From Candidatus Methylacidiphilales bacterium (GTDB taxonomy: Bacteria; Verrucomicrobiota; Verrucomicrobiia; Methylacidiphilales; UBA1321), in the NCBI GenBank assembly GCA_026225555.1, contig JAMFSY010000017.1:3602-67601 (forward strand): a stretch of 64,000 bases of DNA. Reading direction: 5' to 3'. Positions 38,787-49,173 of the stretch are shown piece after piece. The position numbers and the translations under genes were made by a program. The notes beneath the pieces are model-generated. The model saw nothing but the letters and a program-made list of their open reading frames with translations. It was not told where the DNA came from and did no database searches. How positions within the stretch are numbered: position 1 is the stretch's first letter; each line of letters begins with the position of its first letter.

Positions 38787-39077
38787 TTAGTGTTTGATGA
38801 CGGAGACGAGCTCCCAGCGCTTGAGTTTGCTCATCGGGCGAGTCTCCCGGATGAGAACGCGGTCGCCGGGCTTGGCTTCGCTCTTTTCGTCATGGGCGTA
38901 GAACTTCTTGTGCACGCGAACAATCTTCTTGAACTTGGGATGAGGCACGCGGCGCTCGACACGGACGACGATGGTCTTCTGCATCTTGTTGGCGAGGACT
39001 TCCCCGGTGCGTTCCTTACGCGCGGGTTTTGTCTCGGCGGGGGCCGGGCTGGTAGTTTCGTTGCTCATGGCGGTCAT
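38787..39077 (-). CDS. rpsQ: 30S ribosomal protein S17
   Basis: KMQKTIVV.V, HPKF.K, AHDE, ETRPMSKLKRW. Confidence 0.96.
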   Translation of the reverse strand: MTAMSNETTSPAPAETKPARKERTGEVLANKMQKTIVVRVERRVPHPKFKKIVRVHKKFYAHDEKSEAKPGDRVLIRETRPMSKLKRWELVSVIKH

Positions 39078-39087
39078 TTCTTAAAAT

Positions 39088-39339
39088 CTATTTCTTCTTC
39101 TTGTCCACCGTGGTGGCGGACTTCTTCGCGGTGCGACTCTGGACCTTGAGGCCCAGACGGCGTTCGCTCAGAACGGTCTCCAACTTGGCCACATCCTTGC
39201 GCAGTTCATTCAGGCGGCTCGGCTTTTCGAGCGCGCCGGTCTGCTGCTGGAGGCGAAGGTTGAAGTACTCCTGGCGGGCGTCCTTCTTTTTCGCGACCAA
39301 TTCCGAGTCGGTCAGATTACGGGCATCAACAATTTTCAT
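39088..39339 (-). CDS. rpmC: 50S ribosomal protein L29
   Basis: Start at ATG 39339: MKIVDARNLTDSEL...FNLRLQQQTGALEKPSRL..LRKDVAK. Confidence 0.93.
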   Translation of the reverse strand: MKIVDARNLTDSELVAKKKDARQEYFNLRLQQQTGALEKPSRLNELRKDVAKLETVLSERRLGLKVQSRTAKKSATTVDKKKK

Positions 39340-39344
39340 AAAGC

Positions 39345-39764
39345 TTAAAATCTTCCGGCACGGGTGATAAAGCGGGTGCGGATCGCCAACTTGGTGGCGG
39401 CGAGGCGCAGGGACTCGCGCGCAACCGTCTCGGAGAGACCGTCGAGCTCGAACAAAATGTTGCCGGGTTTGACTACGGCAACCCAATATTCGGGCGCGCC
39501 TTTACCTTTACCCATTCGGGTTTCCGGCGGGCGGGACGTGACCGATTTGTCGGGGAAAATACGGATCCAGAGCTTGCCCTTGCGCTTCATGTTGCGGGTG
39601 AGCGCGACACGGGCGGCTTCGATCTGGATGTTGGTGATCCAGGCGCGTTCCAGAGTCTGGAGCGCGTAGGAACCAAAATCGATCGAGATGTTGCGGGAGG
39701 CAGTGCCCTTGCGGCTGCCGCGCTGGGACTTGCGGTATTTAACGCGTTTGGGGAGAAGAGGCAT
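39345..39764 (-). CDS. rplP: 50S ribosomal protein L16
   Basis: [36 protein letters not shown]. Confidence 0.98.
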   Translation of the reverse strand: MPLLPKRVKYRKSQRGSRKGTASRNISIDFGSYALQTLERAWITNIQIEAARVALTRNMKRKGKLWIRIFPDKSVTSRPPETRMGKGKGAPEYWVAVVKPGNILFELDGLSETVARESLRLAATKLAIRTRFITRAGRF

Positions 39765-39769
39765 AACGT

Positions 39770-40426
39770 CTAGGAATTAGGGGTGGCGGGGACGGTTTCG
39801 TCCTTGCGGCAGATCCAGCATTTGATGCCGATCTTGCCGGCAACGGTCATCGCTTCGGCGAAGCCGTAATCGATATTGGCGCGCAGCGTGTGCAGCGGCA
39901 CCTTGCCCTCGCGGTATTCTTCCGTGCGGGCGATTTCCGCGCCGCCGAGACGGCCGGAGCAACGGACGCGGATGCCTTCGGCACCGGCCATGTCCATCGT
40001 GGTCTGCACGGCCTTTTTCATGGCGCGGCGGGAAGTGATGCGGCGTTCGATCTGAAGCGCGATATTTTCGGCGACGAGCTGGGCGTCGAGTTCCGGATTC
40101 TTGATTTCCTTCACATCGACGAGGATCTCGCGATCCTTCTGGGTGATGGCGCGAATCTCGTCCTTGAGCTTGTCGAGTTCCGCAGCCTTGCGGCCGATGA
40201 CAACGCCAGGGCGCGCGGTATGAATATTGACGCGGACGCGGTTGGCGGCGCGCTCAATGGTGACCTTGGAAACGGCGGCGCCTTCCAGCTTCTTCTTGAT
40301 GAATTTGCGGATGATGGCGTCCTCGTAAAGATAGACGGGGAAATCTTTCTTCGAGGCGTACCACATGGAGCGCCACGCGCGGTTGAAGCCGACGCGAAAG
40401 CCGATTGGATTAACTTTTTGTCCCAT
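39770..40426 (-). CDS. rpsC: 30S ribosomal protein S3
   Basis: [45 protein letters not shown]. Confidence 0.98.
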   Translation of the reverse strand: MGQKVNPIGFRVGFNRAWRSMWYASKKDFPVYLYEDAIIRKFIKKKLEGAAVSKVTIERAANRVRVNIHTARPGVVIGRKAAELDKLKDEIRAITQKDREILVDVKEIKNPELDAQLVAENIALQIERRITSRRAMKKAVQTTMDMAGAEGIRVRCSGRLGGAEIARTEEYREGKVPLHTLRANIDYGFAEAMTVAGKIGIKCWICRKDETVPATPNS

Positions 40427-40439
40427 AGGATTGGATAGT

Positions 40440-40985
40440 TTAGAGGGTCTCGGAGGACGTCACCTTTTCGGGGTGTTCGCCGGCGGAGAGCGAGTGACTG
40501 GTGGCATCCGCGCTTTCGGCGCGAAGCTGGCTGATGTCGGGTTCGGGGGCCGTGAGCGCCGGGGCGGCGGTTTCCTTCGTCGCCTTGGGGGCGGCGGAAG
40601 GCTTGGGCTTGTTCTTCTTGATTCCCTTGGGCTTGACCGTCTTTTCGACCGGTTCGGCTTCGGTGAGAGTGATCTTGATATGGGCCGTGCGCTTGTTGAT
40701 GCGGGCACCACCGCCGCGGGCGCGGGTATGCATGCGCTTCATCGTCGGGCCTTCGCCGGCGACGGCTTCTTTCACGACGAGATTCACGGCGCGAAGGTTA
40801 TTATTGTTCTCCGCGTTCGCGATGGCCGAGGCCAAGACCTTGCCGATGAGGCGGGAGGCCTTCTTGGGAATGAGGCGCACGATCTCGAGGGCGGCCTCGG
40901 CGGGCAGTCCTTGGATCTCGCGCGTGACTTCCCGCACCTTGAAGGCGGAAATCTTCGCGTATCTATGTTCAGCTTTAACGTCCAT
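40440..40985 (-). CDS. rplV: 50S ribosomal protein L22 with C-terminal extension
   Basis: [35 protein letters not shown]. Confidence 0.96.
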   Translation of the reverse strand: MDVKAEHRYAKISAFKVREVTREIQGLPAEAALEIVRLIPKKASRLIGKVLASAIANAENNNNLRAVNLVVKEAVAGEGPTMKRMHTRARGGGARINKRTAHIKITLTEAEPVEKTVKPKGIKKNKPKPSAAPKATKETAAPALTAPEPDISQLRAESADATSHSLSAGEHPEKVTSSETL

Positions 40986-41056
40986 ATCGTTCGTTTCTAT
41001 TATTTTCTGTCGCTAATCTTAAATCTGTTTTCTATCAAAAATCTTTTTGAGGCTTC

Positions 41057-41929
41057 CTACTGCCGTGCATCCACGGTCGCTCGGTCGCCCACTCTCAAAA
41101 CGGCCTTTGGTTTCAGGCTCTCCACCAGCGCCGCACTAATCAGGTCCCGCGCCAGCACCACTTTCACTGTGCCGATCTCCGTGTTGTCCTGATAAATGAC
41201 GAAGGGCATTCCCTCCTTCACTCCCTGGCTCTTGCCGAGGTTCAGGATCACGGCGTTCAACCCCGGATTGAGGTCGGTGATCTTGCCATCATCCAGCGTT
41301 TCACCAAGAGGAATCGCTGCCCCGTTGCGGCCCGCCAGGTAATCCTTGGCGGCGCGAGAGGCAACCTCGTAATCGGCCCGGGTCTTGGGGTCTTCCTTTG
41401 GAGCCGTCTGGATGAGTTGCTGGGTCGAGGTCAGGAGTTTGTCGAGGAGTTGCAGGGCCTCGCGGCGCTTCATCTCACTCTGGTACAATTCCTTCACCGA
41501 CTGGACCAGCTTGTCTTCCAGCTTTTGGTCATCGACCGTCAGGGCATCGACGCCGAGGGCTTCATCCCGCAGCTTGAGGTCCTGCCATTGCTCACGGAAT
41601 GATTCCGATTCGGCGGTGGCCGTGGCGAGTTCATCCGTGAGGGTCTTGACCCGCGCTTCGAGTTGTTCGCGCGTCAGGCCGGAAAGGTCGGAGGTGGAGT
41701 TGGTACTCCCTGTTCCGGTTTTCAAGTCCTGGGCGGCGAAGTTCGGTCCGACGTCCGGCGCGGCATTCGTGGTCGCAGTGGGGGCGTCGGAGGCGGGCTC
41801 CGTTACCGTTTTATCTGCATTCAAAGAGCGATCCGAGTCCGGCTGAGCGGACAAGGTTCCCGACGGGTTTAGAGTCAGGAAAGCAGCGAGCAGGACCGAG
41901 GCCCCGACCCGCTGCGGTAAAATGTGCAA
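41057..41929 (-). CDS. Hypothetical exported coiled-coil protein with C-terminal beta domain, inside the S10 operon
   Basis: Signal-like N-terminus, Thr/Ser linker, heptad region, C-terminal VILNLGKSQGVKEGMPF...VGDRATV. Start uncertain. Confidence 0.75.
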   Translation of the reverse strand: MHILPQRVGASVLLAAFLTLNPSGTLSAQPDSDRSLNADKTVTEPASDAPTATTNAAPDVGPNFAAQDLKTGTGSTNSTSDLSGLTREQLEARVKTLTDELATATAESESFREQWQDLKLRDEALGVDALTVDDQKLEDKLVQSVKELYQSEMKRREALQLLDKLLTSTQQLIQTAPKEDPKTRADYEVASRAAKDYLAGRNGAAIPLGETLDDGKITDLNPGLNAVILNLGKSQGVKEGMPFVIYQDNTEIGTVKVVLARDLISAALVESLKPKAVLRVGDRATVDARQ

Positions 41930-41951
41930 AAAGCGTTCCGTGCGTTCTCCG

Positions 41952-42233
41952 TTACTTGGCGGCAGCCTTCTCGGTGTGGGCGCCGTGTTTCTTGAAGGTG
42001 CGCGTGGGGGAAAACTCGCCGAGCTTGTGCCCGACCATGTTTTCCGTCACGAACACGGAATTAAAAATCTTGCCGTTGTGGACCAGGAAGGTGTGGCCAA
42101 CGAAATCGGGCGTGATCAGCGAGCGGCGTGACCAGGTCTTGATCGGCTTCTTCGTGTTCGCGCTGTTCATTTTATCGACCTTCACCAGGAGGTGATCGTC
42201 GACGAACGGACCTTTTTTGAGACTACGGGACAT
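41952..42233 (-). CDS. rpsS: 30S ribosomal protein S19
   Basis: [32 protein letters not shown]. Confidence 0.98.
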   Translation of the reverse strand: MSRSLKKGPFVDDHLLVKVDKMNSANTKKPIKTWSRRSLITPDFVGHTFLVHNGKIFNSVFVTENMVGHKLGEFSPTRTFKKHGAHTEKAAAK

Positions 42234-42238
42234 AAGCG

Positions 42239-43087
42239 TTAGTGTTTCTTGTTCTTCCGGCGTTCCACGATGAATTTATTCGAGGGCTTGTACTTCGGCC
42301 GGGTCTTGAGACCCTTGGCCGCCTGGCCCCAGGGCGAGACAGGATGTTGGCGTCCGCCGCCACCCTTGCTCTTACCCTGGCCGCCACCCATGGGGTGATC
42401 GACCGGGTTCATAACCATGCCGCGCACATGCGGGCGACGTCCGAGCCAGCGGGAACGACCGGCTTTGCCGAGGGAGATATTCTCGTGCTCGATGTTGCCG
42501 ACCTGGCCGATGGTGGCGTAGCACTTCGCGTGGATCTTGCGGATTTCACCGGAAGGCAGGCGGACCTGCGCATAACCGGCATCGACCGACATGATGGTCG
42601 CGCTGCTGCCGGCGGTGCGGCCGATCTGGGCGCCGCGGCCGGGGATGATTTCGATATTGTGAATGGCCGCGCCGAGCGGGATGTTCTCGAGCGGGAGCGC
42701 GTTGCCGACAATCGGCTCGGCGGCAGGACCGCTAGAGAGCGTCGAGCCAACCGTCAGGCCGACGGGCGCGATGATGTAGCGCTGTTCGCCGTCCGTGTAC
42801 TTGAGGAGGGCGATGTTGGCAGTGCGATTCGGGTCGTATTCGACCGCTTCAACCACGGCCTTGATGCCGATCTTGTTGCGCTTGAAATCGATGAAACGGT
42901 AGCGCTGCTTGTGACCGCCGCCGATGTGACGGGAAGTGACGCGACCGCGATTATTGCGGCCACCCGACTTCTTGATCGCTTCGGTGAGATGCTTGACCGG
43001 CTTGTTGCCGCGCGTGAGTTCCTCGAAGCCGCTCAGCTCGGTGAAGCGGAGGGAAGGCGTGAGGGGACGAAAAGTTTTTAGTGCCAT
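42239..43087 (-). CDS. rplB: 50S ribosomal protein L2
   Basis: [50 protein letters not shown]. Confidence 0.98.
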   Translation of the reverse strand: MALKTFRPLTPSLRFTELSGFEELTRGNKPVKHLTEAIKKSGGRNNRGRVTSRHIGGGHKQRYRFIDFKRNKIGIKAVVEAVEYDPNRTANIALLKYTDGEQRYIIAPVGLTVGSTLSSGPAAEPIVGNALPLENIPLGAAIHNIEIIPGRGAQIGRTAGSSATIMSVDAGYAQVRLPSGEIRKIHAKCYATIGQVGNIEHENISLGKAGRSRWLGRRPHVRGMVMNPVDHPMGGGQGKSKGGGGRQHPVSPWGQAAKGLKTRPKYKPSNKFIVERRKNKKH

Positions 43088-43099
43088 GGTGGTATTCGG

Positions 43100-43387
43100 T
43101 TAGACGAGTTCGATCTTCTCGCCCTCTTTCAGGGTGACGATGGCTTTTTTCCAGTCAGGACGCTGGCCCATATCCTGGCCGCCGTGACGGCGCTTGAGCT
43201 TGCCGGCGACCTGCATGGTGTTGACGCGGATGGCAGTCTTCTGGAAGAGCGCTTTCACCGCGTGCTTGATTTCCTGCTTGGTGGCGCTGGGCGCGACCTT
43301 GAGCACATACTGATTGTGCTTTTCGGCGAGCGTGGTGCCTTTTTCGGTGACGCGCACCGATTTGACGATAAGAAGTGGATCGCGCAT
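43100..43387 (-). CDS. rplW: 50S ribosomal protein L23
   Basis: VTEKGT, ATKQEIK.AV, DWKKAIVTL. Confidence 0.96.
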   Translation of the reverse strand: MRDPLLIVKSVRVTEKGTTLAEKHNQYVLKVAPSATKQEIKHAVKALFQKTAIRVNTMQVAGKLKRRHGGQDMGQRPDWKKAIVTLKEGEKIELV

Positions 43388-43392
43388 GGGAA

Positions 43393-44013
43393 TTATTTCT
43401 GGAGACGGGCGGAGAGCTTTCCGAGCGCGCCGTCGGTGATGAAGATGCGGTCGTAACGAAGGATCTGCTCGGCATTGACGAGATCACCCGTGACGGTGTC
43501 GAGTTTCGGATGGTTCCGGGACGCGAGGTAAAGATTCTGGTCGGGCGTCTCGATGACAAAGAGCGCGCTGGCCTTGGCGTCGTGTCCACCCTCGGTGAGC
43601 TTGGAAACGAGGTCCTTGGTCTTCGGCTTGTCGAGCGTGATCGGGTCGATGAGGTAAACCTCGCCGGCGTTGATCCGCGAGCTGAGCGCCTTGCGGAGCG
43701 CGAGCTGCTTGACAGCCTTGTTCGTCTTCTTGGAGTAATCGCGGGGATGAGGTCCGAAGACCACGCCGCCGCCGCTCCAGACGGGGGAGGATTTGTAACC
43801 GGAACGGGCGTTACCGGTGCCCTTCTGGCGCCAGGGCTTCTTGCCGGAACCGGCAACCGTCGCCTTGGTCTTGGTGGAGTGAGTGCCCGCGCGGCGATTG
43901 GCCTGATAGGCGACAACCGTTTCGTGCAGCGCCTGCGTGCCGATGCCGTTCTCGATGAGATCGACCTTCAGCTTGGAGGAGGCGTCCTTGGTGGAAAGAG
44001 GGGAAAAGCTCAT
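43393..44013 (-). CDS. rplD: 50S ribosomal protein L4
   Basis: RAGTHSTKT, GSGKKPWRQKGTGNARSG, GGGVVFGPHPRDY. Confidence 0.97.
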   Translation of the reverse strand: MSFSPLSTKDASSKLKVDLIENGIGTQALHETVVAYQANRRAGTHSTKTKATVAGSGKKPWRQKGTGNARSGYKSSPVWSGGGVVFGPHPRDYSKKTNKAVKQLALRKALSSRINAGEVYLIDPITLDKPKTKDLVSKLTEGGHDAKASALFVIETPDQNLYLASRNHPKLDTVTGDLVNAEQILRYDRIFITDGALGKLSARLQK

Positions 44014-44019
44014 GGTCGT

Positions 44020-44715
44020 TTATTTATTGGCTTTGGAGGCCTTCATCGGGTTGACGGCCTTGGCGGCGACGACGGCCTTCGCCTTGGGCTGGCCCTTGAT
44101 CGCCGTGCGGACGACGACGTAGCTGCCGCTCGGTCCGGGGACCGCGCCGCTGATGAGCAGAACGTGATCGGCTTCGCGGACTTGGACGATGCGGAGATTC
44201 TGGACCGTGACCTTCTCGTCACCCATGTGACCGGCCATGCCATGATTCTTGTAAATGCGGCCCGGGGTGGAGCGCATACCGATCGCGCCGTTGCGACGGT
44301 GGGTCTTCGAACCGTGGGCGGCGCCCTGGCCGTGGAAGTTGTGCTTCTTCATCGGGCCTTGGAAGCCTTTGCCCTTGGAGATGCCGATGACATCGACCAA
44401 TTGGCCGGGCTTGAAGCGGGTGACCGTGAGCGCTTCCGTGGGAAGCTCCTCGCCGATGGCGGGGCGGAACTCCTGGACGAAACGCTTCGGCGCGGAGCCG
44501 GCCTTCTTGAAGTGGCCGAGCTCGGGCTTGGTGACGCGATGTTCCTTCTGGTCGAAAACGCCGACCTGGATGGAGGAATAGCCATCGTTGTCGATGGTCT
44601 TCGTCTGCAGGATCGCGTTGGGTTCGGCGAGAATGACGGTGACGGGCGTGATGGTCCCGGCGTCGTCATAGACGCGGGTCATTCCTACCTTTTGTCCTAA
44701 AATTCCAATGCTCAT
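44020..44715 (-). CDS. rplC: 50S ribosomal protein L3
   Basis: GQKVGMTRV, DGYSSIQVG, SKGKGFQG, HGSKTHR, MAGHMG. Confidence 0.97.
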   Translation of the reverse strand: MSIGILGQKVGMTRVYDDAGTITPVTVILAEPNAILQTKTIDNDGYSSIQVGVFDQKEHRVTKPELGHFKKAGSAPKRFVQEFRPAIGEELPTEALTVTRFKPGQLVDVIGISKGKGFQGPMKKHNFHGQGAAHGSKTHRRNGAIGMRSTPGRIYKNHGMAGHMGDEKVTVQNLRIVQVREADHVLLISGAVPGPSGSYVVVRTAIKGQPKAKAVVAAKAVNPMKASKANK

Positions 44716-44729
44716 GAGAGGTGCTTAAA

Positions 44730-45038
44730 TTAGACTTTGATCTTGATGTCGACACCGGCGGGAAGGTTGAGCTTTTTGAGCTCATCGACGGTTTTGGCGG
44801 TCGGCTGGATGATGTCGAGCAGGCGCTTGTGAGTGCGCATTTCGAACTGGTCCATGCTTTTCTTATCGACGTGGGGGGAACGATTCACCGTGTAACGCTC
44901 GATCTTGGTCGGGAGCGGAATGGGACCGGCGACGACCGACCCGGTACGGGAAGCGGTCTCGGCGATCTCAGTCGCGGCGCGATCGAGGAGTCGATAGTCA
45001 AATGCCTTGAGGCGAATGCGGATGCGGGTTTCGGCCAT
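44730..45038 (-). CDS. rpsJ: 30S ribosomal protein S10
   Basis: Start at ATG 45038: [40 protein letters not shown]. Confidence 0.97.
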   Translation of the reverse strand: MAETRIRIRLKAFDYRLLDRAATEIAETASRTGSVVAGPIPLPTKIERYTVNRSPHVDKKSMDQFEMRTHKRLLDIIQPTAKTVDELKKLNLPAGVDIKIKV

Positions 45039-45042
45039 AAAT

Positions 45043-47223
45043 TTATTTACCCTTCTTTTGCTCGGTGATCTGGGCGACGATTTGCGCCGGAACCTGTTCG
45101 AAGTGCGAAGGCTCCATGGTGTAGGCCGCGCGGCCCTTGGACATGGAACGGATGTTGTTGACGTAGCCGAACATTTCGGAGAGCGGCACTTCGGCATGCA
45201 CGTTCGTCGTCTTGTTCTTGCTTTCGGTGTTCATGATCTTGCCGCGGCGGCGGCTCAGATCGCCAATGATGTCGCCCTGGAACTCGTCGGGGGTGGAGAC
45301 TTCCACCTTCATCATCGGTTCGAGAAGAATCGGGCCGGCTTTCTTCATCGCGTCCTGCACGGCAAAGATCGCCGCGAGCTTGAACGCCAATTCATTGGAA
45401 TCGACTTCGTGATAAGAACCATCGGTAATGTGGATCGCGACGTCGATGACGGGCGAGCCGTTGATGACGCCGTTGAGGAGCGCCTCTTCGATGCCCTTTT
45501 TACAGGCCGGAATGTATTCCTTGGGGATGTTGCCGCCGACGACCTTGTTTTCGATCTCGATGCCTTTGCCGCGTTCCTGCGGTTTCATTTCGAGAACGAC
45601 GTGGCCGTATTGTCCGCGACCGCCCGACTGCTTGACGAGCTTGCCTTCGCCCTCGTGTTCCTTGGTGATGGTCTCGCGATAAGCGATCTGCGGCGCGCCC
45701 GCATTGGTCTCGACGTTGAACTCGCGGCGCATGCGGTCCATGATGATATCGAGGTGAAGTTCGCCCATGCCGGCGATGATCGTCTGGCTGGTTTCCTCGT
45801 TGGTCTTGACCGTGAGAGTCGGATCTTCCTCGACCAGGCGGCCGAGGGCCTCGCCCATCTTTTCGCGGTCGGCCTTGGTCTTCGGCTCGATGGCCATGGA
45901 GATAACGGGCTCGGGGAAGGAAGGCGGCTCGAGCTGAATATCGAAATCTTCGATACAAAGCGTGTCGCCCGTCTTGACGTCCTTGATGCCGACGATGGCG
46001 GCGATGTCACCGGCGTAGACGACATCGAGTTCGTCGCGCTTGTCGGCCTGAATCTGGACGAGGCGGCTGATGCGCTCGCGCTTGTTGGTGCGGGGATTGT
46101 AAACCGTGGTGCCCTTGTTGAGCGTGCCGGAATAGACACGGAAGAAGACGAGCTTGCCGACGAAAGGATCAGTCCAGAGCTTGAACGCGAGCGAACAGAA
46201 CTTGGCGTTGTCGTCCGGGGGAGTCGGGACTTTTTCTTCGCGGTTGTGAGGATTAATGCCCACGGCGGGAGGAATGTCGAGCGGACCGGGGAGATAATCG
46301 ATGACCGCGTCGATCAGGAACTGGACGCCCTTGTTCTTGAAGGCGGAGCCACCGACGACGGGCACAAACTGGTTGTCAATGGTGAGGCGACGAATGCCCG
46401 CCTTGAGCTGCTGGGCGGTCGGCGTCTTTTCCTCGAGGAACATCGTGCCGATTTCCTCGTCCTTGTCCGCGACGGCTTCGATCAATTCCTTGAGCGCCTT
46501 CTCGGCCTTGGCCTTGAGTTCGGCAGGAATTTCGACGAGTTCATAAACAGAACCGATCTTGTCGTTGTCCTGGTAACGGACGGCCTTCTGGTTGACGATA
46601 TCGATCTGGCCATGGAGCTGGTCTTCCGCGCCCCAAGGCATGATGACGGGCCAGGCATTCGCGCCGAGCTTGTCGCGCATCTCATGAATAGCGTTGTCGA
46701 AATTGGCGCCGACGCGATCCATCTTGTTGACGAAAGCGATACGGGGAACGCCATACTTGTTGGCCTGGCGCCAGACGGTTTCGGACTGGGGCTGGACACC
46801 GGCGACGCCGCAGAACACGGCGATGGCGCCGTCGAGCACGCGGAGCGAGCGCTCCACTTCGGCGGTGAAGTCCACGTGACCGGGAGTGTCGATGATATTG
46901 ACGCGGAACTTCTGTCCCTCGTACAGCTTGAAAATCCCGTCCTCCTTGCGCGCCGGCCAGAAACAGGTGGTGGCGGCGGAGGTGATCGTGATACCACGCT
47001 CGCGTTCCTGCTCCATCCAGTCGGTGACGGCCGTGCCTTCATGCACTTCGCCGATCTTGTGGATCGCGCCGGTGTAGAAAAGAATACGCTCGGTCAGCGT
47101 TGTCTTGCCCGCATCGATGTGCGCGGCAATACCAATATTGCGCGTGCGCTCCATTGGATAGGGGCGCTTGGGCGAATTGGGATTCTTGGCCTGGGTAGCA
47201 GGTGTAGCGGTTGCAGTGGCCAT
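45043..47223 (-). CDS. fusA: Elongation factor G
   Basis: [49 protein letters not shown]. Confidence 0.98.
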   Translation of the reverse strand: MATATATPATQAKNPNSPKRPYPMERTRNIGIAAHIDAGKTTLTERILFYTGAIHKIGEVHEGTAVTDWMEQERERGITITSAATTCFWPARKEDGIFKLYEGQKFRVNIIDTPGHVDFTAEVERSLRVLDGAIAVFCGVAGVQPQSETVWRQANKYGVPRIAFVNKMDRVGANFDNAIHEMRDKLGANAWPVIMPWGAEDQLHGQIDIVNQKAVRYQDNDKIGSVYELVEIPAELKAKAEKALKELIEAVADKDEEIGTMFLEEKTPTAQQLKAGIRRLTIDNQFVPVVGGSAFKNKGVQFLIDAVIDYLPGPLDIPPAVGINPHNREEKVPTPPDDNAKFCSLAFKLWTDPFVGKLVFFRVYSGTLNKGTTVYNPRTNKRERISRLVQIQADKRDELDVVYAGDIAAIVGIKDVKTGDTLCIEDFDIQLEPPSFPEPVISMAIEPKTKADREKMGEALGRLVEEDPTLTVKTNEETSQTIIAGMGELHLDIIMDRMRREFNVETNAGAPQIAYRETITKEHEGEGKLVKQSGGRGQYGHVVLEMKPQERGKGIEIENKVVGGNIPKEYIPACKKGIEEALLNGVINGSPVIDVAIHITDGSYHEVDSNELAFKLAAIFAVQDAMKKAGPILLEPMMKVEVSTPDEFQGDIIGDLSRRRGKIMNTESKNKTTNVHAEVPLSEMFGYVNNIRSMSKGRAAYTMEPSHFEQVPAQIVAQITEQKKGK

Positions 47224-47261
47224 AGGAGTTTCGGTGGGAGAGGTTGGTTACTTAAAAAAAA

Positions 47262-47735
47262 TTAGAAGCGGAAATGGGCGAACGCGCGATTGGCCTGCGC
47301 CATCTTATGCACGTCATCACGTTTCTTGACGGAATTGCCCTGGCCGTTGGAGGCTTCCTTGATCTCGGAAGCAAGGGCCTTCTGAAGAGGAACACCCTTG
47401 CGCTTGGAAGCATTGCCGACCATCCAGCGCATGGCGAGAGCCAGTTGACGCTCCGGGGGAACTTCCATCGGAACCTGGTAGGTGGCGCCACCGACACGGC
47501 GGGACTTGACTTCGAGGCGGGGCTTCACGTTCTCGAGCGCCTTGGTCAGGATGTCGAGCGGATCGCCGTCCTTGTTGTTCTCGTTCACGGAATCAATCGC
47601 CCCGTAGACGATGCGCTGAGCGAGGGACTTCTTGCCCCGCTGCATGATCGCGGAAATGAGGCGGCCCACGACTTGGGATTCGTAGCGGCTATCGGGAATG
47701 ATTTGGCGCTTTTCGGCGCGGCGACGTCTGGCCAT
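47262..47735 (-). CDS. rpsG: 30S ribosomal protein S7
   Basis: GKKSLAQRIVY, EVKSRRVGGATYQVP, HKMAQANRAFAHFR. Confidence 0.98.
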   Translation of the reverse strand: MARRRRAEKRQIIPDSRYESQVVGRLISAIMQRGKKSLAQRIVYGAIDSVNENNKDGDPLDILTKALENVKPRLEVKSRRVGGATYQVPMEVPPERQLALAMRWMVGNASKRKGVPLQKALASEIKEASNGQGNSVKKRDDVHKMAQANRAFAHFRF

Positions 47736-47769
47736 ATAGGTAGGAGTTTAGGGGCTTAACGAAAGGGGG

Positions 47770-48198
47770 TTATTTCTTCTTCGCGTCGGCGGGAGCCGCG
47801 CCCTTCTTGGGCTTCTTCACACCGTACTTGGAACGAGAAACGTTACGGGTGAGCTTGTTCGTGTTGCTGGGGCCGGCGGCGCCGAGGGCGTCGAGCGTAC
47901 CGCGAACGATATGGTAACGAACACCGGGCAAATCCTTCACGCGGCCGCCGCGCACCAGGACGATGGAGTGTTCCTGCAGGTTGTGCCCCTCGCCGGGAAT
48001 ATAAGCGATGACTTCCTGGCCGTTGGTCAAGCGCACCTTGGCGACTTTGCGCAACGCGGAATTAGGCTTCTTGGGCGTGCGGGTCATGACCTGCACACAG
48101 ACGCCGCGGCGTTGCGGCGCGCCTTTAAGCGCGGGGGACTTCGTCTTGACGACGACTTTGCGGCGTCCCTTGCGGACGAGCTGGTTGATCGTGGGCAT
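47770..48198 (-). CDS. rpsL: 30S ribosomal protein S12
   Basis: [34 protein letters not shown]. Confidence 0.98.
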   Translation of the reverse strand: MPTINQLVRKGRRKVVVKTKSPALKGAPQRRGVCVQVMTRTPKKPNSALRKVAKVRLTNGQEVIAYIPGEGHNLQEHSIVLVRGGRVKDLPGVRYHIVRGTLDALGAAGPSNTNKLTRNVSRSKYGVKKPKKGAAPADAKKK

Positions 48199-48524
48199 TC
48201 CTGGTTTTCTTTGGGGTTATCTAAGTCTTAAAATCCAATTTTCGGGTGGTGCGGAGAACGTGGGCCCACCGGGCTTCAAAACAAAAACACGCCATTTAGG
48301 TGGCGTGCTAAGCTTTTGAAGCTCGCATGGAGGACAATGGGCCATCGGCCAACCGTCACACGCTTCCTCATCACTCAGGCCCGGTTAAGCGCATTTAGCG
48401 GATTAAACAGCCTCCCTCGTTTTGCGAGGGACAAGGATCATCTCATAAAGTAAAAAGCGTGCAAGAGAATTTTTAAGAGAATTACTCAAATATCCTGGAT
48501 GCCCACAGTTTTTCTGAGCGGGAG

Positions 48525-49118
48525 TCAAAAACCGGCGATGGCCAGCCCGGCCAGCCGCACCGGCTGCAGCCTCGGCGCGGGGTGCGGAAAATGGCGCAAG
48601 ACGACAATATAATCCGGATTCGAGGCCCGGCTCCCCTCCCCAGTCCAGCGCCACGGCGTGGGTCCGGAAAAGACGGTGACCTCGTAAACCCCGGAGGGAA
48701 CGAGTAGCAGGCGCGGGCTGAGTTCGTCGGCGCGGCGGCGATGCCGGAGCAGGTCACGATGACGATGCCCCGCACAATCGAGCAGGCTTTCATGGCTGGC
48801 CAGGCAAAGCTGACCGAAGGAACGTACCGCCCCTCCCGCCACCACGCGATGTCCCGAAGCGGCCAGATCTTCCACGGCATGCGGGTCTTGCGACAGAATA
48901 AGCTGGAGATTCAGCAGCATGTCGGGGACCTCCCACATCATGGCAGTGAGCGCCTCCGTCTGACGGCAAAGATGTTGCATCAGGTCAAAGCGATCGAAGC
49001 CCTCCGCGACAAACGCCGGATAGGAGCCGAGATCGACAATAGCCACGCCGGAGCCAGAACGATGGGAGACGATCTGTTCCCGTTCCGCCTGGAGATCATG
49101 CGTCAAATGGGACCGCAT
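48525..49118 (-). CDS. Hypothetical protein
   Basis: Probable start ATG 49118 (MRSHLTHDL...), directly after the helicase; no family recognised. Confidence 0.55.
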   Translation of the reverse strand: MRSHLTHDLQAEREQIVSHRSGSGVAIVDLGSYPAFVAEGFDRFDLMQHLCRQTEALTAMMWEVPDMLLNLQLILSQDPHAVEDLAASGHRVVAGGAVRSFGQLCLASHESLLDCAGHRHRDLLRHRRRADELSPRLLLVPSGVYEVTVFSGPTPWRWTGEGSRASNPDYIVVLRHFPHPAPRLQPVRLAGLAIAGF

Positions 49119-49173
49119 GGGGAAACCTAGCCCGGGATGGGTGCCTGGGCAAATGCGGATGAAGCGGGGGAAG

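Noticed and set aside
48199-48480. Structured rpsL leader as a riboswitch or ncRNA
   Set aside because: Short hairpins are present, but I could not match any known family by eye.
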